Below are positions 47,762 to 53,638 of a DNA stretch of 53,638 nucleotides, in pieces. The translations under genes were made by a program, and so were the position numbers. The notes beneath the pieces were generated by a model. It was not told the DNA's origin. It saw nothing but the letters and a program-made list of their open reading frames with translations, and searched no databases. This DNA is from an uncultured Gammaproteobacteria bacterium. GTDB taxonomy: Bacteria > Patescibacteriota > Microgenomatia > Woykebacterales > RBG-16-39-9b. Positions within the stretch are counted from its first letter, which is position 1; every line of letters begins with the position of its first letter. The stretch spans positions 204,549 through 258,186 of the forward strand of contig CAYHXX010000001.1 of assembly GCA_964360785.1 (NCBI GenBank). The letters are read 5' to 3'.

Positions 47762-47790
47762 ATCCTAGCGATTATAAGAAGAATTTAAGC

Positions 47791-47834
47791 AAAAAGAAAC
47801 CCGCACTGCTCATCCATGAGTCTTATGCGCGGGC
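47791..47834 (-). terminator. Terminator after pyrE
   Basis: GCCCGC...GCGGGT hairpin followed by TTCTTTTT. Confidence 0.6.
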
Positions 47835-47855
47835 CTCTCCTTGTATTCCGTGATC

Positions 47856-48554
47856 TCAGCTACCTGTCCCAGCATGCTGGCTCTCGAGGTACTTCTTTCC
47901 GTGCCCGACTGCGGTGTTGATCGGGACACCAACGTCACACAGCTGACAGGGAGGATCCCACTGCTCCATCGGAACGTTCATCAGCTCGATGAGCTCGTAA
48001 CCGTTGTAGGTTCCCTTGTACGGACTGCGGTTACAAGCAACTAGCAGTGCAACGATGATGCCGCCGGCCTCCCGTGTGGTCTCGATGACCCCGTCCATCG
48101 TCCCACCAGTGGTGAGCACGTCGCCAACGATGACGACTTTCTGCCCAGTGACAAAATCCGATTGCTGACGGGCGAGGAAGAACTTCCCCGGGACGATGGC
48201 CTCGACGTCTTCGCTTTCCCCCTCGGGACGTACCACCCTCGTCAGCTTCTGGGCGTAAACCGGGTGGGCCTTAAGCCCATGGTGCTGGAACAGCTCGAGG
48301 ACGATTGCCTGCCCAACCTTGTCATCACTGTTGACAGGCCCGATGATCGTGTCGAACTTGAGATGCTCGATCAGCGGGGCCATCTGCTGCGCGAACCAGA
48401 TGACAAGGTCGGCAAAGTTGAATGCTCGCGCGATGTTCACGTAAGCGCGTCCATGCTTGCCAGAGGTGTAAACGACGTGGGAATCATTCACCAACGCCCC
48501 TATCTCTGCCAAGCGAACGAGCGCCGCGTCGTTGGCTTCTTGCGCCGTAGTCAT
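47856..48554 (-). CDS. pyrE: Orotate phosphoribosyltransferase
   Basis: SGKHG..YV, PRPP loop VVIVGDVLTTGGT, adjacent to pyrF. Confidence 0.82.
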   Translation of the reverse strand: MTTAQEANDAALVRLAEIGALVNDSHVVYTSGKHGRAYVNIARAFNFADLVIWFAQQMAPLIEHLKFDTIIGPVNSDDKVGQAIVLELFQHHGLKAHPVYAQKLTRVVRPEGESEDVEAIVPGKFFLARQQSDFVTGQKVVIVGDVLTTGGTMDGVIETTREAGGIIVALLVACNRSPYKGTYNGYELIELMNVPMEQWDPPCQLCDVGVPINTAVGHGKKYLESQHAGTGS

Positions 48555-48590
48555 GATGCTCCTCCCTTCAGACCGACGATCCGAGACGAA

Positions 48591-49487
48591 TCAGGCCGCG
48601 TGTGCGCTCCGATACCTCTCGATCTCCGCAGAGTAGTAGATCGCCGCCGCCTCAGCCGCCTCGGCGAAGTCATCGGGAACAGTTTTGAACTCGCCCGATA
48701 GGTAAGCGTAGATAACAGCGCTACTGACGTTAACGACGAAGTCAATCGGAATCTCGTCGCTGAAAGCCGCCACGATTGCCTTCTCGAGATACCCGCCTTG
48801 CTTCCCTACACCTGGAACGAGAAACGGAAGTTTCGCGGCGACGGCACGAACCTTCGCGATGTCATCGGGAAAGGTAGCTCCAACTACGAGCCCGCAATTG
48901 CCGTTCACGTTCCATTCAGTGGCAACATCGTGCGCGACGGTCAGGAAAAGCGGGACGAGTTGTTGCCCAGGTATCCTCTCCTCGACGCCAGGGATCAATT
49001 CGTTGCCGGTCAGCATCACGAGTCGCTCCTGGATCTTTGCCCCCTTGTTGCTGGTCCGACAGAGAACATAGACTCCCCGATCCTTGTAATCGGTAAAGAC
49101 CTTACCCGCCGTAACCCAGCCGAGGTAGTTGTGGACGGTGATAGCGTCGAATCCTAGTTCTTCGAACAGAGACTTGACATAGGCTGAGTTCGAATTGTCG
49201 ATGTCGCCACGCTTGGCGTCACCGATGATCGGCATCTCAGTGTCGAGGCACCGAATCTCGTCGATAACTGACTTCAGCGTTGACCAGCCTGACTCTCCGA
49301 GGGCTTCGAAGAAGGCAACGTTGATCTTGAAGACCGCCGCGTGACGTACAGTCGCACGGACAATCCTGAGACAGAAGTCGCCCACACTGACTCCCTCAGG
49401 GATCTTCTTCGTGTCAGGATCAATCCCAACACAGAGACGTTTGCCGACCGCCGCTTTGGCTGTCAGCTTTTCCAGATAACTACTCAC
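48591..49487 (-). CDS. pyrF: Orotidine-5'-phosphate decarboxylase
   Basis: LCVGIDP, DAKRGDI, RTSN, GLVVGAT, LVPGVGKQGG. Confidence 0.95.
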   Translation of the reverse strand: MSSYLEKLTAKAAVGKRLCVGIDPDTKKIPEGVSVGDFCLRIVRATVRHAAVFKINVAFFEALGESGWSTLKSVIDEIRCLDTEMPIIGDAKRGDIDNSNSAYVKSLFEELGFDAITVHNYLGWVTAGKVFTDYKDRGVYVLCRTSNKGAKIQERLVMLTGNELIPGVEERIPGQQLVPLFLTVAHDVATEWNVNGNCGLVVGATFPDDIAKVRAVAAKLPFLVPGVGKQGGYLEKAIVAAFSDEIPIDFVVNVSSAVIYAYLSGEFKTVPDDFAEAAEAAAIYYSAEIERYRSAHAA

Positions 49488-49554
49488 CTTAATCCAACTC
49501 CTACTAACTGCTTGCGCAGCGACCTGCCGACTATTCAGTTGTTAACCTGCGAAG

Positions 49555-49621
49555 ATTATATTTAGTCTTATAGGGTTCGTCAAATACTTTCGTTGACTTA
49601 GAATCCTGGTTTTGTTAAACT
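49555..49621. promoter_or_regulatory. Back-to-back sigma70 promoters for pyrFE (-) and tRNA-Asp (+)
   Basis: - strand TTGACG-17-TATAAT (49583-49555); + strand TTGACT-17-TAAACT (49593-49621). Confidence 0.7.
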
Positions 49622-49637
49622 ACGCTAGCTTCAGCAC

Positions 49638-49713
49638 GGGCTCGTGGTGTAGCGGTTAACATGCCTCTCTGTCGAAGAGGAGATCGCCGGTCCGAATCCG
49701 GTCGAGCCCGCCA
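49638..49713 (+). tRNA. tRNA-Asp (GTC)
   Basis: GGGCTCG/CGAGCCC acceptor, CCTCT-CT-GTC-GA-AGAGG, CCA; T-loop TCCGAAT. Confidence 0.93.
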
Positions 49714-49774
49714 GAAACTAAAGTGATCCCGAAATCCTACCCACTACCTACCCTTTTAATTTAAATTTGAATAT

Positions 49775-50413
49775 ATGGCCAGAAAAAAGAAAGTTTCATA
49801 TTGGGAAAAGTTTAGGACTAACACCAGAACTAGTATTGGTTCTGGGATATTTGCATTAGTTGTAGTTGTCGGAGCCTTCCTACTTTTGAATAGTTTTTCA
49901 CAGAATTCAGACGAAACTAAAAAAAGCCAGAATCAAAAACAGGAACAAAAAAATAATCAAGAATCTTCTGATTTGAAAAATACAAAGCTAGAAGCAAAAA
50001 CTTCCACAAAAGTTCATGTAGTTGTAAAGGGTGAAAGTCTTTCCAAAATTTCCGAAGTTTATTATGGGGACAAAGATAAATGGCAGGTTATTGCCGCTGA
50101 AAATAAACTCGCCAACCCAAATATTATTCACACAGGCAATGCGCTGACTATCCCGGATCTAAAGGAACAAACTAGTAGTATTGCAACTAACAACCAAACG
50201 AGTGTTGGAAAAACAACTGAAACCGTAAGTCAACCGAAAACTTACACCGTCATACGCGGCGATACTTTGTGGGAGATCTCACAGCAATTTTACAACGGTG
50301 ATGGCTACCAATGGTTTAAGATCCGGGATGCTAACCCAAGAGAGGTTGGTTTATTGCCAAACGGCCGCCCCCTTATCACTCCGGGTACAACTCTTACAAT
50401 CCCAATAGATTAG
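49775..50413 (+). CDS. Membrane-anchored double LysM protein
   Basis: One TM; HVVVKGESLSKIS..YG and YTVIRGDTLWEIS..FY. Confidence 0.92.
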   Translation: MARKKKVSYWEKFRTNTRTSIGSGIFALVVVVGAFLLLNSFSQNSDETKKSQNQKQEQKNNQESSDLKNTKLEAKTSTKVHVVVKGESLSKISEVYYGDKDKWQVIAAENKLANPNIIHTGNALTIPDLKEQTSSIATNNQTSVGKTTETVSQPKTYTVIRGDTLWEISQQFYNGDGYQWFKIRDANPREVGLLPNGRPLITPGTTLTIPID

Positions 50414-50439
50414 CTCATTTGGTATAATGCAACCTACCT

Positions 50440-50513
50440 GCGGGTAGAGTCAGCTGGTACGATGCCACCTTCCCAAGGTGGAGGAACGGGTTCGATTCCC
50501 GTTACCCGCTCCA
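50440..50513 (+). tRNA. tRNA-Gly (CCC)
   Basis: GCGGGTA/TACCCGC acceptor, CCACC-TT-CCC-AA-GGTGG, GGTTCGATTCC, TCCA. Confidence 0.92.
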
Positions 50514-50534
50514 AAAAATAATGGTATAATTTGT

Positions 50535-50609
50535 GCCGGAGTAACTCAGTGGCAGAGTAGCTCTTTCGTAAAGAGCAAGTCGTGGGTTCAAGTCCCACCT
50601 CCGGCTCCA
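50535..50609 (+). tRNA. tRNA-Thr (CGT)
   Basis: GCCGGAG/CTCCGGC acceptor, GCTCT-TT-CGT-AA-AGAGC, GGTTCAAGTCC, CCA. Confidence 0.95.
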
Positions 50610-50617
50610 TAAAATTA

Positions 50618-50677
50618 GTTCGGTTCCGATGAAATCGGAATTAGATGCGAAGCATCTGCCTCTGACCATCGGCTCCA
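50618..50677 (+). repeat. Two GAA-loop hairpins followed by a copy of the tRNA-Thr 3' end
   Basis: TTCCGAT-GAA-ATCGGAA, AGATGC-GAA-GCATCT, then accatcggctcca (11/13 to 50597-50609). Confidence 0.65.
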
Positions 50678-50682
50678 AGAAA

Positions 50683-51450
50683 ATGTCAAAACAAAAACAA
50701 CGCGATTCTGTCCCACAATACTCCTACCGCCAAAGTCTGAAAAAAGATGAGATCAAGACGTACAAAAAAATAGCTTTGATTTTTGTGGGTTTCTTTGTAA
50801 TTTTGCTTATTATCTGGTTTATGGGCACCACTTTTATCAATGCGCTTGCCTTTCTTTCCAACGGAAATACTGAAACGACCACAAAGTCTACAACCTCACT
50901 ACCACTACAAGCACCGCAACTTGAAGGCTTACCCGATGCAACAAACAAGGACACAATTACCGTTTTGGGCAATACAACAGCCGAAGTCACTGTAATATTG
51001 AATGTCAACGGTAAGGAATTTGGAAAAACTAAATCGGATAGTTCAGGCGATTTCAAGTTCGAAAGCGTAAAACTTTCTGCTGGCGATAATCTCCTCAAAG
51101 TTACTGCTACAAACGAGGCAAAGGAAAAAGAAGAAACAAGCGCAACTGTAAAAGTCGATAAGACGCGACCGGGACTAGCAATCACCACACCTGTAGATGG
51201 AGCCAGCCTTCCAAGCTCGACCAAGAATATCAACGTATCAGGAACGACTGAAGCCGATGCTGTAGTCTATGTTAATGGTTCACAAGCTGTTGTCGATAGC
51301 TCGGGGAAGTTCACTTACAATCTGTCTATTCCAGCGGGTGTAACTCCCATAGAAGTCGTCTCAACTGATCTTGCGGGCAATATCACTACAGTCAAGCTAA
51401 GTGTTACTGTCGAAGGCTCAATCTCTACTACCGAATCCGGAGATCAATAA
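50683..51450 (+). CDS. Membrane-anchored protein with two Ig-like domains
   Basis: One TM; GNTTAE..V...VNG, LSAGDN, TDLAGN motifs; start ATG 50683. Confidence 0.82.
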   Translation: MSKQKQRDSVPQYSYRQSLKKDEIKTYKKIALIFVGFFVILLIIWFMGTTFINALAFLSNGNTETTTKSTTSLPLQAPQLEGLPDATNKDTITVLGNTTAEVTVILNVNGKEFGKTKSDSSGDFKFESVKLSAGDNLLKVTATNEAKEKEETSATVKVDKTRPGLAITTPVDGASLPSSTKNINVSGTTEADAVVYVNGSQAVVDSSGKFTYNLSIPAGVTPIEVVSTDLAGNITTVKLSVTVEGSISTTESGDQ

Positions 51451-51451
51451 A

Positions 51452-52735
51452 CTAACTTTCCTCCAATCGATACAAACCCAAAGCTAGTATTGCCCACATC
51501 TGAACACTGAGATCGTTCTTAAAAAACGGCACATCAACTAGTCCGTGAAATAGTATTACAACCAAGATACTAGCAATACCCAGATTCAAATAGTCTAGTT
51601 TTTTAGCTAGAAGCCCATAAAAAAGTAGGGTGCACATACCAATAAACGAAACTAATCCGAATAAACCCACTTCTGTCCAAAAATTAAGGAAAATATTATG
51701 TGGGTAAATAGAATTTTCCCTGCTACAAGTCCGAAACTCCTCGTGAACTTTTTCAAAACCACTCAACCCTGAACCAAAAAGTGGTCTTTCTTTTATTATC
51801 CTTACTGCTCCGTCCCACAGACAAAGTCGGGAATTAAAACTACTCTGAAAATTTACTGGAATTCTTGGTGGGTTTTTCGCCGAAACACTAATATTTAGAA
51901 AAAAAAGAAAAATAATTGCAGAAAATATTATTAATCCTATATTAAATACTCTAGCTAAGAACTTTTTATTTTGATTTGAAAATCTCGAATACAATTTATA
52001 ACCTAAGAAAAATAAAAAACCAGCAAAAATTCCAACGAAAGCTCCACGAGACCCACTGACCCAAACACCAAGAACGAGAATAACCAGAATGAAAAGTGCT
52101 AAATTCTTTTCATTTAAAACTGATTTTTTAGTATTTTTCAGAGACAAAAGATAACCAAACATTAACGCAGTAGCTGGCCCGAGTAACAAACCAACTGCAT
52201 TAGAGGTTGTATACACTGCACTCGCCCGTCCTCTTTCTAGAAACTCTATAGGATTTCCCGGATTATAATTTAATAGGTTGTTAAGTATTGCGATTACTGC
52301 AACCCACAAAGCTGAACAAATTAAAGACCAGACGATCAATTTGGAGTTTTTAGTTGTCTGCAAATAATCAAAGACTACTACAGAAAGTAAAAATCCTTCC
52401 AGAAAATACGCCTTATATATACCCAATCCGGCTCTTAGATCTGGTGAAACAAAACCGCCTATCAAACCAGAGAGCAGAAAAATAAAAATAAATACCTGAA
52501 TAGTTTTTGGAATTTTATTCTGAATTTCAAATACTTTTTGCTTCAAATTCTTTGCTCTGATTTGTAAATAAAACCAATACCCAAACGTAACGAGAATCAA
52601 AATCTCAAGCAAAGTAAATGGTACTGGTGAAACACATAAAGAGAAGCTGCTACAGCGAATAACGTATAGCGGCAAACTAAGCAACGTTACAGAAATAAGA
52701 ATTGAAAGTAAGTTAGGCTGCTTTTTCCACATCAT
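51452..52735 (-). CDS. O-antigen ligase/Wzy-like polymerase family protein
   Basis: About 12 TM; SGSRGA, SRL.LW, PLFGSG, YPHNIFL. Confidence 0.9.
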   Translation of the reverse strand: MMWKKQPNLLSILISVTLLSLPLYVIRCSSFSLCVSPVPFTLLEILILVTFGYWFYLQIRAKNLKQKVFEIQNKIPKTIQVFIFIFLLSGLIGGFVSPDLRAGLGIYKAYFLEGFLLSVVVFDYLQTTKNSKLIVWSLICSALWVAVIAILNNLLNYNPGNPIEFLERGRASAVYTTSNAVGLLLGPATALMFGYLLSLKNTKKSVLNEKNLALFILVILVLGVWVSGSRGAFVGIFAGFLFFLGYKLYSRFSNQNKKFLARVFNIGLIIFSAIIFLFFLNISVSAKNPPRIPVNFQSSFNSRLCLWDGAVRIIKERPLFGSGLSGFEKVHEEFRTCSRENSIYPHNIFLNFWTEVGLFGLVSFIGMCTLLFYGLLAKKLDYLNLGIASILVVILFHGLVDVPFFKNDLSVQMWAILALGLYRLEES

Positions 52736-53638
52736 TAGTTTCGGAGTTGTATAAAAGCAGTAAAGAAAGTAACGCTAAGATAACTATTTCGGTAATAACC
52801 GTCGACCATGCAGCAAAGTTGTAACCAAATCTTGGGATAAAAGCTAAATTCAAACCCAAATTGCAAAGCAGAGCAAAGGCATAAATAAACGGCAGTAATT
52901 TTTCCTTTCCAATAGTTATATTTATCCATAACACTAAAGATGAGACAAAGAAAATCGGAGCGCTCAAAATAAGTATCCTCAAACTGACAACTGATTCAGG
53001 ATATTTACCGAAAATATTTATGGCTAAGGGAGCTAACAACCACCCAACTATCCCTAATCCTAACCCAATCAAAAACAGAATCACAATCGATTTTTTCGAG
53101 AGCTTTTCAAACTCCTGACGATTTTCTTTCAACTTTCCAAGTAAGACTGGGTACAACGAGTTGGCAATGAATGTTGAAAGTGCAATTACAAAATCAAAAA
53201 CACGGTAAGAAAGACCATATATTCCTACAGCTACAGAAGAGGCAACTCCCAGTTTCTCCGGATTTGTTAGAGCGATTATTTGCTTGTCAATATTTGTGTT
53301 AAATTGGCTAAATATTAGCATTAGACCAATGGGTAGGCTTGCTGTGATCAACAATTTCCAAACATTAAAGTCAAATCTAAAACTTAACCTTCCAATAATC
53401 TTTTTTACAAAAGCTAGTGATACTGCTGCTTTAACTGCACTTCCGACAATGAATATCAGGATAATTACCAATAAATTTGAGTTTGTTAAAGAGGCGATAT
53501 AAACCAGGAAAATTATCGAAAGGCTACCTAAAATATCGCTTACGGCGAAAAAATCATATTTAAGTTTTTGTTGAAAGACAGCACTAGTTGTTGTGAAAAT
53601 ACTTTGCAACAGAATCAAAACGGAACCAACAATAATAC
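52713..53638 (-). CDS. Wzx/MATE-like polysaccharide flippase (5' end outside the window)
   Basis: ID...I, VGIYG.SYR, LNLAFIPRFG...AAW; frame open to the window end. Confidence 0.88.
   Translation of the reverse strand, partial: IIVGSVLILLQSIFTTTSAVFQQKLKYDFFAVSDILGSLSIIFLVYIASLTNSNLLVIILIFIVGSAVKAAVSLAFVKKIIGRLSFRFDFNVWKLLITASLPIGLMLIFSQFNTNIDKQIIALTNPEKLGVASSVAVGIYGLSYRVFDFVIALSTFIANSLYPVLLGKLKENRQEFEKLSKKSIVILFLIGLGLGIVGWLLAPLAINIFGKYPESVVSLRILILSAPIFFVSSLVLWINITIGKEKLLPFIYAFALLCNLGLNLAFIPRFGYNFAAWSTVITEIVILALLSLLLLYNSETNDVEKAA

Overview
A low-GC (~40% by eye) bacterial chromosome segment. Its gene content and style suggest Patescibacteria/CPR, probably Microgenomates (inference, not searched). 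It carries housekeeping genes (atpC, cmk, hppA, metK with a SAM-I/IV-type riboswitch, rplS-rnhB-yraN, a Klenow-only polA, gatCAB, lemA-htpX, polX, GC-rich pyrFE), five tRNAs (Glu, Lys, Asp, Gly, Thr), a CiaRH-like two-component/ABC cassette, a PIN/RHH toxin-antitoxin pair and envelope genes. The most notable region is a ~10.5 kb minus-strand extracellular fibre/matrix locus at 27438-38040. It has a TasA/SipW operon in which SipW is fused to a SipW-type substrate. It also has four secreted paralogues built from 1, 2, 4 and 5 copies of an unfamiliar ~89-aa Asn/Asp/Gly-rich repeat; two are free, one is TM-anchored and one is LPxTG-tagged. Both operons sit behind leaders with a terminator-like hairpin and a shared small CCG-loop-CGG motif, next to a DUF2292/YezD-like mini-protein. 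Other observations: three tRNAs are followed by hairpin-filled copies of their own 3' ends, a promoter-driven candidate sRNA follows polA, a PEP-synthase homologue looks catalytically dead, and many genes appear leaderless.
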